Source of the DNA: the human T2T-CHM13v2.0 reference genome, Homo sapiens
DNA length: 64,000 nt
Assembly: GCF_009914755.1 (NCBI RefSeq)
Contig: NC_060948.1
Strand: one strand, 5' to 3'
Part shown: one piece after another, positions 12,834 through 29,456 of the stretch
Layout: each line of letters starts with the position of its first letter
Numbering within the stretch: position 1 is the stretch's first letter
The notes under the pieces: generated by a model
Told to the model about the DNA's origin: nothing
Databases searched by the model: none
Seen by the model: only the letters and a program-made list of their open reading frames with translations
Program-made: the position numbers and the translations under genes

Positions 12834-13125
12834 GGCCGGGCGCGGTGGCTCATGCCTGTAATCCCAGCACTTTGGCAGGCAGAGGCGGGCGGATCATAAA
12901 GTCAGGAGATCGAGACCATCCTGACTAACACCCCGTTTCTACTAAAAATACAAAAAATTAGCCAGGCGTGGTGGCAGGCGCCTGCAGTCCCAGCTACCCT
13001 GGACGCCGAGGCAGGAGAATGGCACGAACCCGGGAGGCGGAGTTTGCAGTGAACCCAGATCGGCGCCACTGCACTCCAGCCTGGGCGACAGAGCGACACT
13101 CCGTCTCAAAAATAAAAATAAAAAA
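12834..13125 (+). mobile_element. Young (AluY-like) element
   Basis: GGCCGGGCGCGGTGGCTC...GAGATCGAGACCATCC...GAATGGC; A-tail. Confidence 0.88.
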
Positions 13126-13296
13126 GAATGTGTTCATTTAAACACCGGTATCCAATCCATTCATTGCCTTTCCATTTCCAGTTTTGCTCTTCGCAGACTT
13201 TTCTTTTCCTGCCGAGGCGGAATGATTCGGAGGTTCTTTGCAGCAGAAAGGGCTGCTTCAAAGCGGGTCTCCGTTGAACGTCTGCGTTTCTTTTAG

Positions 13297-13711
13297 GAAA
13301 ATGGCACCAGGGTGTGAATTGTGCATTCCGCGGGGATCACTGCCACCACCCCCAGAACCACGGATTTGACTATTTCTACGACAAGCCCTTCACGCTCACA
13401 AACGACTGTGACCCAGGCAGGCCCCCTGAAGTGGACGCCGCCCTGAGGGCGCAGCTCTGGGGTTACACCCAGTTCCTGGCCCTGGGGATTCTCACCCTGG
13501 CTGCTGGCCAGACCTGCAGTTTCATCTCTGTCTCCGCGAGAGCAGTCACCGGCATGGGCTTCTTGTGTTTTATCTCTTGGTACTCCTCCTTTGGGTTTGT
13601 GCGACGCTGGAACTGTATCCTGATGAGAAACCATGACGTCACGGAGCAACCCATGGTTCTGGAGAAAACAGCGAGTCTTATGCTAAAGGAAGATGTTTCC
13701 TATATTGAAAG
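13297..13711 (+). pseudogene. ARSDP1: ARSD-like exon 5 (415 bp, open; in-frame AGV deletion)
   Basis: tttag|GA AAA TGG CAC...GAA AG|gtaag; translates GKWHQGVNCAFRGDHCHHPQNHGFDYFYDKPF...EDVSYIER (ORF 13314..13715). Confidence 0.96.
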
Positions 13712-13775
13712 GTAAGCAACCATCACATCTTAAAGAGGAGATGGGGCCGGACGCGATGGCTCATGCCTGTCATCC

Positions 13776-15180
13776 TGTGTCCGGAATTGGTGGGTTCTTG
13801 GTCTCACTGACTTCAAGAATGAAGCCGCCCACCCTCACGCTGAGTGTTACAGCTCTTAAGGCAGCGCGTCTGGAGTCTGTCCCTTCTGATGTTCGGATGT
13901 GTTTGGAGTTTCTTCCTTCTGGTGGGTCCGTGGTCTTCCTGGCTCAGGAGTGAAGCTGCAGACCTTCGCGGTGAATGTTACAGCTCTTAAGGTGGCGCGT
14001 CTGGAGTTGTTCGTTCCTCCCGGTGGTCTCGTGGTCTCGCTGGGCTCAGGAGTGAAGCGGCAGACCTTTGCTGTGAGTGTTATAGCTCATAAAAGCAGTG
14101 TGGACCCAAAGATTGAGCAGTAGCAAGATTTATTGCAAAGAGTGAAAGAACAAAGCTTCCACAGCATGGAAGCGGACCCTAGCGGGTTGCCACTGCTGGC
14201 TGGGGCAGCCTGCTTTTATTCTCTTATTTGGCCCCACCCACATCCTGCTGATGGGTAGAGTCCAGTGGTCTGTTTTCACAGGGCGCTGATTGGTGCGTTT
14301 ACAATCCCTGAGCTAGATACAAAGGTTCTCCACCTCCCCACCAGATTAGCTAGATACAGAGTGTTGACACAAAGGTTCTCCAAGGCCCCACCAGAGTAGC
14401 TAGATACAGAGTGTGGATTGGTGCATTCACAAACCCTAACCTAGACACAGGGTGCTGATTGGTGTATTTACAAACCTTGAGCTAGATACAGAGTTCAGAC
14501 TGGTGTATTTACAATTCCTGAGCTAGGCATAAAGGTTCTCCACCTCCCTACCAGACTCAGGAGCCCAGCTGGCTTCAGCCAGTGGATCTTGCACAGGGGC
14601 TGCAGGTGGAGATGCCTGCCAGTGCCAGGCGGTCCGCGTGCACTCCTCAGCCCTTGGGTGGTCGATGGGACTGGGCTAGGTGGAGCAGGGGGCGGCGCTC
14701 ATCAGGGAGGCTCGGGCGGCCCAGGAGCCCATGGAGGGGGTGGAAGGCTCAGGAATGGCGGGCTGCAGGTCCCAAGCCCTGCGCCGGGGGAAGGCAGCTA
14801 AGGCCCGGTGAGAAATCAAGCGCAGCACCGGTTGGCTGGCACTGCTGGGGGACCCAGTACACCCTCCGCAGCCGCTGGCCCGGGTGCTAAGCCCCTCACT
14901 GCCCGGGCGGGCAGGGCCGGCCGGCTGCTCCGAGTGCGGGCCCGCCAAGCCCATGCCCACCCATAACTCTAGCTGGCCCGCAAGCGCTGAGCCTCTCCCG
15001 ACACACCTCCCTGCAGGCTGAGGGAGCCGGCTCCGGCCTTGGCCAGCCCGGAAAGGGGCTCCCACAGTGCCGCGGTGGGCTGAAGGGCTCCTCAAGTGCC
15101 GCCAAAGTGGGAGCCCAGGCAGAGGAGACGCCGAGAGCGAGCGAGGGCTGTGAGGACTGCCAGCACACTGTCACCTCTCA
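13776..15180 (-). mobile_element. Solo LTR12C (ERV9), inserted into an Alu, with 4-bp TSD ATCC
   Basis: The - strand reads TGAGAGGTGACAGTGTGCTGGCAGTCCTCACAGCCC...CCAATTCCGGACACA and contains ATTGG (CCAAT)/GATA repeats at ~14280-14510. The host Alu halves are 13744-13775 and 15181-15450, with ATCC on both sides. Confidence 0.93.
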
Positions 15181-15234
15181 ATCCCAGCACTTTGGGAGGT
15201 CAAGATGGGAGGATCTTTTACCCCAGGTGCTTTA

Positions 15235-15456
<222 letters not shown>

Positions 15457-15679
15457 TTAAAAAAAAGAGGCAGTAACTGCTCAGAGCATCTGAGAGTCTC
15501 CTTATAATCTTTGGGATCTCAGACACCAACCCTCGGAAGAGACAGCTTTGCAGAAGCCAACCTTTTCATGTGGCTGGGTTCCCCATATGAGAGTCTCGAA
15601 GTGGATGTCATGTGATGGCTTCAATAGCATTGACATACACGCCATTGGATTCTGTACATTTTTATTGACATTTCTTTAA

Positions 15680-17275
<1,596 letters not shown>

Positions 17276-17316
17276 TGTGTGTTCTGTGTATTCTCAAAGA
17301 GGTTTTCTTCTTTCAG

Positions 17317-17974
<658 letters not shown>

Positions 17975-18473
17975 TTAGCCAGCTATGGTGGCACATGCCT
18001 GTAGTGGCAGCTACTCAGGAGGCTGAGGCAGGAGGATCGCTTCAGCCTGGGAAGTCAAGGCTGCAGTGAACTGAGATTGCACTGCTGTACTCCAGGCTGG
18101 GCAACAGAGTGAGACCCTGCCTCTTCAACAATAATATAATAGTACAAAGAATGGGGGCAGAACACACTCCCATATCATATTTATTTGCTCCTTCAGTATT
18201 TCCAATTACTTGGTCTAATTCTGCACAAAATCAACCTTCTACACAGCCAGTGACTTCATGTCATCATCAGAAGCTACCGAAAGTGAAGCAATAAAGTTAA
18301 TGTTCAGGACAATGCAGAGACGCTGTCTTCCTTCTATGGCCTTCAGGAAACCATGGAGAGGACCGGTGAGGCTGCAGATTCTTAAAAGAGCACAGACATA
18401 AAAATTCTTGCAGAATCTGAATGTGTCTCCTGAGACAAGCATAGTGTTAGAGTGGGATTAGTTCACATTCTTA

Positions 18474-18608
<135 letters not shown>

Positions 18609-18890
18609 CTACAAAAAATTTTAAAAATTGGACAGGCATGGTGGTGTGCACCTGTGGTCCCAGCTACTCCGGAGGCTGAGGTGGGAAGATCATTTGAGCC
18701 CAGGAGGTTGAGGCTGCAATGAGCTATAATTATTGCACCATTGAACTCCAGCCTGGGCAACATATCAAGACCCTGTCTCCAAAATAAAAAGAAATAAAAA
18801 ATGAATAATAGGAAGAAAAACTTCTCTCATATCATTTATTTGCTCCTTCAGTATTTCCAATTACTTAGTCTAATTCTGCATAAAATCAAC

Positions 18891-19283
18891 TGTATTAGTC
18901 CATTCTTGCAAAGAAATAACAGATTGGGTAATTTATAAAGAAAAGAGGTTGGATTGGCTCATAGTTCTGCAGGCTGCACAGGAAGCATGGCGGTGTCTGC
19001 TTCTGGGGAGACCTTGGGGAGCTTTTGTTCATGGTGGAAGGTGAAGGGAGCAGGAGTCTCAAGCAGGAGCAGGACCAAGAGAGGAGGGGAGGAGCCGCAC
19101 ACTTTTAAACAACCAGATCTCGAGAGAAGCTACTCACTCTGCAGCACCAAGGGGAGATGGTGCTCAACCATTCATGAGAACTCTGCCCCCATCATTCAGT
19201 CACCCCCCCAGGCCCCACCACCAACACTGAGGATGACAATTCCACATGAGATTTGGGCGGGGAAACACATCCAAACCATATTA
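18891..19283. mobile_element. MSTA-type MaLR LTR with 5-bp TSD TCAAC
   Basis: TGTATTAGTCCATTCTTGC...GGGTAATTTATAAAGAAAAGAGG...CATCCAAACCATATTA. TCAAC flanks it at 18886-18890 and 19284-19288. Confidence 0.88.
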
Positions 19284-19514
19284 TCAACCTTCTACACAGC
19301 CAATGACTTAACATCCTCATTAGAAGTTACAGAAACTAAAGCAATAAAGTTCAGGACAATGCAGAGATGTCACCTTCCGTCTATGGCCTTGAAGAAACCC
19401 TGGAGAGGACCAACGAGGCTGCAGGTCTTAAGAGAGTGTAGATATTAAAATCCTTGCAGAATCTGAACATATCTCCTGAGACAAGCATAGTGATAGGGTG
19501 GGATTGGTTCATAG

Positions 19515-19797
19515 TGTAAACCAAAAATAAATTTAAAGGCCCCCCACAACCATCTGAATGGATTCCCGCCTTTGCCAGGGCACCCTAAAACTTAACCTGA
19601 GAGTCTGGCTCATGCCATGATGGGAAGAGGAGTTGGGCATGCCTCATTCTACCCCTCCAGCACGAACATCCACACAGACCTTAACTCTGATAAGTAACAT
19701 TTACAATCTGTTTTCTCTGAAGCCTGTTACCTGGAGGCTTCATCTGCATGATAAAACCTTGAGATTGAGACCTGCCTCAGATACTTTTCAGTTTATA
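19515..19797 (+). mobile_element. MER4-family LTR, internally deleted
   Basis: TGTAAACCAAAAATAAA...GCCATGATGGGAAG...GATTGAGACCTGCCTCAGATAC; collinear with the longer copy at 54171. Confidence 0.75.
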
Positions 19798-20063
19798 GCA
19801 GTCTTCAAAGTCTGCATTTTCGGAGCTACAGATGACCATGTGGCTTATATCGTTTTGACTTTATGTCAGTGCTTTCAATGACCAGTGGCCTCCAGGGATA
19901 AAGCAATTGCATGGTTTGCAGGGCATCCTCTGCACTGCTGAGCCATCAAACTCCAAATGCCAATGCCCATAGATGCTACTTAGAGCCCTGCTTCCTCCTA
20001 CATAGACAGGATTCTGTCATCACTGAGTCTCACCATTTCCCTCTCCCCAGCATCTTTATTATG

Positions 20064-20097
<34 letters not shown>

Positions 20098-20182
20098 CAC
20101 TATGTTTACAAAAGCATGCCCGCTGGCAACCTCTTGGCATTGTGTGTTCATTCTGTTTTGTATTGGTGGTATCCTGGGGTCG

Positions 20183-21765
<1,583 letters not shown>

Positions 21766-21966
21766 TTGTAAACAGTCCTGTGGTATCACAGTGATTAGCT
21801 ATGTCTTACCCTTTGGGATCACATCGTAACCATGGCCTCCGAGTAACTGTGGTCTCTTCTTATGACTTCCTAGCAAGAGGTGTCTCACGCAGAAAGGAAG
21901 AAGTGTATTGAACTAGCGGACGCTGCTTTGTTTTCTTGGTCCTGAAACTTTCCATTTTCTGTAAAG

Positions 21967-22100
21967 GTAAGATTCTTAATGCCATCGAAGACAATGATTT
22001 AAGAAACTCAACATTCACGTATTTCACCTCTGACCATGGAGGACATTTAGAGGCAAGAGATGGACACAGGAGTTAGGGGGATGGAACAGAATTTACAAAG
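21967..22100 (+). pseudogene. ARSDP1: ARSD-like exon 7 (134 bp, 1-bp deletion frameshift)
   Basis: gtaaag|GT AAG ATT...; [33 protein letters not shown], then a frame switch at ~22070 to LGGWNRIYK; donor G|gtgag. Confidence 0.92.
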
Positions 22101-22771
22101 GTGAGCTCTGGACACTGGGGACACATATGCATTTGACCAAATAGCTCCCACCACTGAGGGTCCCAGAACAAGTCAAACTGAAAATGACTTTGCTCATTTC
22201 AAAAAGAATGTATTGAACAGCTACTGTAGTACAAGTTCTACCTAGATGAGCAGGACAGGCAGATAAAAAGTCACATCCCCTTCCTTTAAAGGGTTTACAC
22301 TTTAATAGAAGAGAGAGAGGTATAAATAAATAATTCAGATAAAATTAAAATTTATTATATTCTTAATTTTTAAATATTTAATAAATGCATTACTATTTTA
22401 ATATTTTAAATGCATCAATATTGATGCATATTTGATAAATATTTTTAAAATTATTGGTATTTAACAAGCATTTTTAAATTATTAAATGTAATGAATATTT
22501 TAATACATTCTTTTATTCTAAGTAAAGGTAGCATAGATTTACAAGAACAGTTGAATCAGCCACAGTGACCCACCGATATTCAAGAGCCCAGGTAGTAGCA
22601 CGATTCTGGAAATGTTGCTGTGGCTGTTTTTGGGAAGCTGAGGCTGCCCCAGTGTGCATGTGTGTGTGCAGATGGCTGTGCATATTCATATACCTATGCA
22701 CAAATACATCCAGGTATATGTATAGACTGGGCAGTTTCCGGCAAAATCCTAATGATGCCTTTTACTTACAG

Positions 22772-22934
22772 GTGGGAAGGGCATAGGAGGATGGGAAGAT
22801 GGGATCCATGTGCCCGGGATTTTCCACTGGCCCAGGGTGCTCCTGGCTGGCTGAGTGATTGGAGAGCCCACGAGCCTGATGGACGTGTTCCCTCCTGTGG
22901 TCCAGCTGGCAGGCGGCAAGGTGCCCCAGGACAG
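22772..22934 (+). pseudogene. ARSDP1: ARSD-like exon 8 (163 bp, nonsense)
   Basis: ttacag|GT GGG AAG; [53 protein letters not shown] with TGA at 22852-22854; donor AG|gtacgt. Confidence 0.94.
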
Positions 22935-23031
22935 GTACGTGGCAATAAGGCTGCGTGTTCCCTATTTTTTTTAAATTGTTCTTAGTTTTTATTTTTTTTT
23001 AATTTTCAGTAGGATTTTGGGGAACAGGTAG

Positions 23032-23260
<229 letters not shown>

Positions 23261-23657
23261 TGATTAAAAAGTAAGAACAGGTCAGGTGCAATGGCTCATG
23301 CCGATAATCCTGGCACTTTGGGAGGCTGAGATGTGCTGATCACCTTTGGTCAGGAGTTTGAAAGCAGCCTGGCCATGTGGTGAAACCCCATCTCTACAAA
23401 AAATACAAAAATTAGCTGGGTGTCATGGCTTGTGCCTGTAGTCCCAACTACTCAGGAGGATGAGGTACAAGAATCACTTGACCAGGGGGCAGAGGTTGCA
23501 ATGAGCTGAGATTGTGCCACTGCACTGCAGCCTGGGCAACATAGCAAGACTCTGACTCAAAAAAAAAAATTAAGAAAATTCAACCTGGAAATGTGGGCTG
23601 TCCAGCTGGAATTTGAAGGCTTTGTGTTAACATCCACAGTGACAGTGCTGTGTGTTG

Positions 23658-23697
<40 letters not shown>

Positions 23698-23941
23698 ATG
23701 TGCACTCTGCTTATGCAGTGCTGCATAATAAATGACCCCAACACTTAAGAGACACCATGTCTTGAAATAACCACATGTATCCTGCTCAGCAACCTGCAAT
23801 CTTAACAGTAGCTGGAGAGACAGCCCATCTCTGCTCCATTTGCTGGGAAGGCTTGCATTCTGGAACATGTGTTCCCAGGTGCAAAAGGCTGCCTGGGAAC
23901 CTGTGGTCTGACTCTGCTCTGTGTTCTCTTCACGGAATCAG

Positions 23942-24063
23942 GGTGATCGACAACCGCAGCTTGGTGCCCTTGCTGCAGGGAGCTGAGGCATGCTTAGCAC
24001 ATGAGTTCCTGTTTCATTACTGTGGGTAGCATCTCCACACAGCACACTGGCAACTGAAGGACA
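23942..24063 (+). pseudogene. ARSDP1: ARSD-like exon 9 (122 bp, nonsense)
   Basis: atcag|G GTG ATC GAC; [39 protein letters not shown] with TAG at 24027-24029; donor A|gtaagt. Confidence 0.94.
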
Positions 24064-24075
24064 GTAAGTACACAC

Positions 24076-25121
24076 TGTCCACAGCCAGGGTTGTCCAGAG
24101 AAACAGCCAATAAGATGTGTGGATGTGTGGATGGATGGATGGATGGATGGATGGATGGATGGATGGATGGACAGACAGCTATAGAAATACAGATAGATAA
24201 ACCAATGAGTAGATTATAGATAGACGAGAGGAGGGGGAGAGAGAAAAAGAGAGAGAGAGAGGATAATGGATATATATAGAGAGAGAATAATGGATAGATA
24301 GATGATAGAGAGATAGATAAAGATACACAATGGATGGATAGATATATAGATAAGATAAATGATAAGTTACATGATGGATGGATAGATAGATAAGACAGAT
24401 GATGGATAGATAGATAATATAGATAGATGAAAAGTAGAAGCAGTTCATGGATGGATGAATAGATGGATAGATCTTTCATGGATGATGGATGAAAAGTAGA
24501 TAGAGATATCTGGTGGGCTGTTTGAAAAAGACAGATGACCATATAGTTAGATAATAGATAGATGATAGACAGGTGATAGATAAGTTGATCGATAAATAGA
24601 TGATAGATGGATAGAATAGATGGTAGATAGGTAGATAGATGACAGGTATGTAGGTAGATGGATGATAAATAGATAAGAGTCTGTAGATCAATGGACTTAT
24701 AGATAGGTAGGTAAGTAGGTACACAGAGAGAGAAAGAAACAGAGACAAATTTTAATGAATCATCTCACGTAGGTTTCAGGCTGACAGCACTGAAATCTGC
24801 AGGGCAGGCCAGCAGTGTAGAAATTCTGGCAGGAGCTGATGTTGCAGTGTTGAGCCTGAAGGCTGAGGGACTTATGCAGAATTTCTACACTGTCATCTGA
24901 ATCCAGATTTCCTTCTTCCTTTTGGGTCATTCTTGTTTCCTCAAGACAGTCAACTGATTAAATGAGGCCCACCACATTATGGAGGGCAATCTGCTGCACT
25001 CCAATCTGCTGACTTAAATCTCAATCTCATCTAAAAATACCTTTACAGCAACATCTAGTGTTTGACCAAATATCTGGGTACTGTGGCCCAGCTAAGCTGG
25101 CAGATAAAATTCACCATCACA
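24076..25121 (-). mobile_element. MLT2 (ERV-L) LTR with an expanded internal TGGA/GATA tract
   Basis: The - strand starts TGTGATGGTGAATTTTATCTGCCAGCTTAGCTGGGCC; the other end is CAGGGTTGTCCAGAGAAACAGCCAATAAG. Confidence 0.75.
24128..24171 (+). repeat. (TGGA)11 microsatellite, probably Y-STR DYS435
   Basis: 11 perfect TGGA units. Flanks AGCATCTCCACACAGCACAC (24028) and GAGAGGAGGGGGAGAGAGAA (24226) match my recollection of the DYS435 primers. Confidence 0.8.
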
Positions 25122-25614
25122 GAGCAGATCCCTTTCTTTCAAGCTAAGAAGAGTCAGTCTGTTATCTCAGAGAGGGTGACGACTGGTATTTGGCTGTGTT
25201 TCTTTTTTTTTTGGGGGGGGTGGTTGGGGGAGACAGAGTCTTGCTGTGTTGCAAAGGCTGGAGTGCAGTCAGTGGTCTCAGCTCACTGCAACCTCTGCCT
25301 CCTGGGTTCAAGCAATTCTCCTACCTAAGCCTCCCAAGGAGCTGGGATTACAGGTGCCCACCACCACGCCTGGCTAATTTTTGTATTTTTAGTAAAGATG
25401 GGTTTCACCACTTTGGCCAGGGTGGTCTCAAACTCCTGACCTCAAGTCATCCACCAACCTCAGCTTCCTAAAGTGTTGGGATTACAGGCGTGAGCCACCG
25501 TGCTCAGCCTGGCCATGTTTCTAAGGAAAGAAATGTGCTGAGTCCACACCATGCCCTCTTCTTATTGCCTTTATTATCCATAATTAATCCAACTGAAGAC
25601 CCTGAGCACACATG

Positions 25615-26210
25615 ATTAGCAGACAGATAGAGGTAGACAGATGATTAGATAGGTACATGTGTAAGCTGATGGATACATAGATAAATAGTTAGATACATAT
25701 AGATGATAGAAGAGAGGAGATAGATGATAAATAGACAAGTAGGTAGATAGATGATAGAGATATAGATAAGATAAATTGATGGACAGATACAGATAGATGA
25801 TAGAGGATAAATAGAAGATAGACGATAGATTGACAGATAGACAGGTGGGTAGACAGATGATAGAGATAGATGATAGATAAGATAAATTGATGGATAAATA
25901 GGTAGTCAGAGATAGACCATAGAGGCTAGACAGATAATAGGGAGACACAGCATAGATAGATAATTGATAAATAGATAGCTAGATAGGTAAGTAGATGATA
26001 GATGAATGGATGGATGATGGATAAGATACATTGATTGATAAATAAGTAGAGATAAACAGTAGATAGGTGATGGATAGGTAAACAAGAGACAGATGATTGA
26101 TAGGTAAAGAGATCATTCATAGATAAATAGATGATCGATAGATGAGATCGATAGGTAAGATAAATGGATGGATTGATAGATAAATAGCTAGTGATAGATA
26201 GGTAAGTACC
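25615..26210. repeat. Degenerate (GATA)n tract
   Basis: Directly visible. Confidence 0.9.
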
Positions 26211-26602
26211 CAATTGTGCCGTTTAAAATATCTTGGTTGTTTCTGTATAGAAAGGTAGTAGATCAACGCTGAACAGTTTCAACACGGAGGAAAGGGGAAG
26301 AATTAAGGAACCTCTATGATTCTGATTTCTGAAAGCAGCCACAGTGAGCACTCTGCAATGAGTCCCTTTGCCTGGGGCATGCGATGCAGAGACACAAACG
26401 GACACACACGGGTGCACGCACGCACACACACACGCTCTGACTTGACAAGCTGAAGGCTGTGATTGTGTGAACTGCCTCGTGCCCGCCCTCCTTTTCATTG
26501 AACAGGGAGGTTCATGCTGATTTCACAGTGCTGACATCTGCATCCTGTGTTCACACCTGCATGGATTTCTGCCACCCTGACTCCCTTCTTGTCTGCAGCC
26601 AG

Positions 26603-26960
26603 GTGGAAGCATCTGGAAGGTTCATTACGTGATCCCACAGTTCCACCCCATGGGAGCAGGGGCCTGCTACAGCTGAGGCATCTGCCCATGCTCCAGGGAG
26701 GGCATGACCCATCACAGACCCCCTTTGCTCTTTGACCTCTCCACGGACCACTCTGAGGCACAGCCCCTGACCCCTGACTCCAAGCACCTGTACCACGCCA
26801 TGATAGCAAGGGTAGGTGCCGCAGTGTCGAAGCATTGGCAGACCCTGAGTCCTGTGCCCCAGCAGTTTTCCACAAGCAACATCTTGTGGAAGCTGTGGCT
26901 GCAGCCGTGCTGCAGACATTTCCCGTTCTGCTCATGCCCAAGGATGGGGATGGCACCCCG
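26603..26960 (+). pseudogene. ARSDP1: ARSD-like terminal exon 10, coding part (nonsense plus late frameshift); a former 3' UTR probably follows
   Basis: gccag|GT [60 protein letters not shown]...WLQPCCRHFPFCSC with TGA at 26674-26676. DGDGTP is in a different frame after ~26938. Confidence 0.93.
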
Positions 26961-26998
26961 AATGCCAAGACTGTGAGAGAGGATCCAGGAGAGCCTGA

Positions 26999-27208
<210 letters not shown>

Positions 27209-29330
27209 TGAGTACCCAGGATTACAGGTACCAGGCACCCCCCACCATACCTAGTGAATTTTTGTAGTTTTAGTAGATACAGGGTTTCACCATGTTGCCC
27301 AGGCTGGTCTCGCACTCCTGACCTCAAGTCATCCACCTGCCTCAGCCTCCCAAAGTGCTGGGATTACAGGCACAAGCCACTGCGCCCATGTAGGGTTTCC
27401 CTTTCCTGATTTGTGAAATAAGACTGTCCCAGTAGGCACCCACTGATGCCTCTTCTTCCTCTTCTAAATCTCAGGGTTCGTCATTGTGCCAATGCCGGAT
27501 GTTTTCACCCCTCCGTCTTAAAGCATTGTTGCAATTTCATCACCTAGATGACATAACAGCCTTACAAAAGGACAGGGAGGAGTGTCTGTTCCTACTCTCA
27601 CATAGCAGAGGAAAGTTAGAGCCTCTCAGTCTCTGTTTATGAGGACTCATTGATCTCAAAGAATTGATGCGTTTTTCATACATTAGGGTCTCTGTCCATG
27701 TGTCTTCCTGATATTGTTATAGAAATGGCTTCAGGCTGCTGGTAACAGATGCTGGGGGAAACAAATGCCTTAAACAAAGCCAGGCACGGTGACTTACACC
27801 TGTAATCCCAGCACTTTGGGAGGCCAAGGTGGGAGGACCACTTGAACCTAGGAGTTAGACACCTACCCAGCCTGAGCAACACAGTGAGATCTCATCTCTA
27901 CAAAAAAACAAATAATTAGCTAGATGTCGTGGTGCACAGCTGTAGTCTCAGCTACTTAGGAGGCCGAAGTGGGAGGATTATTTGAGCCTGGGAGGTTGAA
28001 ACTGCAGTGAACTATGATTGCACTACTGCACTCCAGGCTGGGGGGCAGAGTAAGACCCTGCCTTAAAAAAAAATTACTTAAAGAATTAAGAACAAGAGAA
28101 GGGTGTGTTCTCTTCCAAGTAGTGAACCAATCAAGGGTAAACAACCCAAGGCTAGCAGGCTCTTTTCAATTCCCAGCTCTGCCACTCTTAGCATGGCAGA
28201 GAGTTGGCCTCATTATGTCAGCATGGCTGCCACAGTGCCAGACACTCCAGGCAGCAGGAAGGAGAAAGAACCAAAGGGCATCCCTTTCTCTTGAAGCAGT
28301 CCCTACGACGGGGGATTATCTGAAAGCCCCAACCCAATTTCTGCTTGCAACCATTATCCATAGAAACAACTGGAGGTTGAGAAGTGCAGTCTTTTAGGTG
28401 GGGACCTGGCTGCCCTGTATGAAACCAGAATTAGGTTGGTTAGCAGGAAAAGAAAATGCTTACTGAGTTGACTGAGGTTTTTGATGCATTGCTTTATTGT
28501 CATATTAAATGACTTTATCTCACTCTGCAGTGAAACACGTACTATCATTGCCTATAATTGGCAAATGATCCTCAGATGCACAGAAGATGCCCAGATGGAA
28601 AGTTTGCCCCTTGGGCAAAGAGACAGTGTTGGGAACCTTCAGACATGCAGAGAGAAGGCAGCTTTTCTTCCTACATTCCTCGAATAGCTAAGATTTGACC
28701 AATATGTTTTCTAAGTCAATTCTCGTGTGTTTCATCCTCACCTCTTACCCTGTGTCACTTTGATGATGGAAGTATAGTCCGAACCTACTGCACAGCTGGG
28801 ACCCCCTGCCCCCACATCCCAGCTAATTTTTGTATTTTTCGTAGAGATAGGGTCTCACTACGTTGCCCAGGCTGGCCTTAAACTCCTGGCTTCAAGCAGT
28901 CCTCCCACTTGGCCTCCTAAAGTGCTGGGATTACAGGTTTGAGCCACTGTGCCTTGCAATTTTTAAAACTTTTAACTTTTATGGATACATCAGAGTTGCA
29001 CATATCTATGGGATTGGTGTGATATTTTTGATACAAACATACAATATGTAGTCATCAAATCTGGGTAACTGGGCTATCCATTACCTCAAATATTTATCAT
29101 TTCTTTGTGTTGGGAACATTTCTAAATATACTCCTCTAGTTGTTTTGAAATATACAATTGGCTGGGCACAGTGGCTCACACCTGTAATCCCAGCACTTTG
29201 GGAGACTGAGGTGGGTGGATCACTTGAGGTCAGGAATTCCACAGTGACCAACATGGTGAAACCCCATCTCTGCTAAAAGTACAAAAATTAGCTGAACGTG
29301 ATGGTGGGTGCCTGTAATCCTAGCTACTCA

Positions 29331-29456
<126 letters not shown>

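Noticed and set aside
14582-15174. ORFs of 70-139 aa
   Set aside because: They lie inside the GC-rich LTR12C U3 region.
23994-26213. Hydrophobic Ser/Ile/Tyr/Leu ORFs resembling membrane proteins (also 5875-6560 and 48363-49082)
   Set aside because: They are translations of (TATC)n low-complexity tracts.
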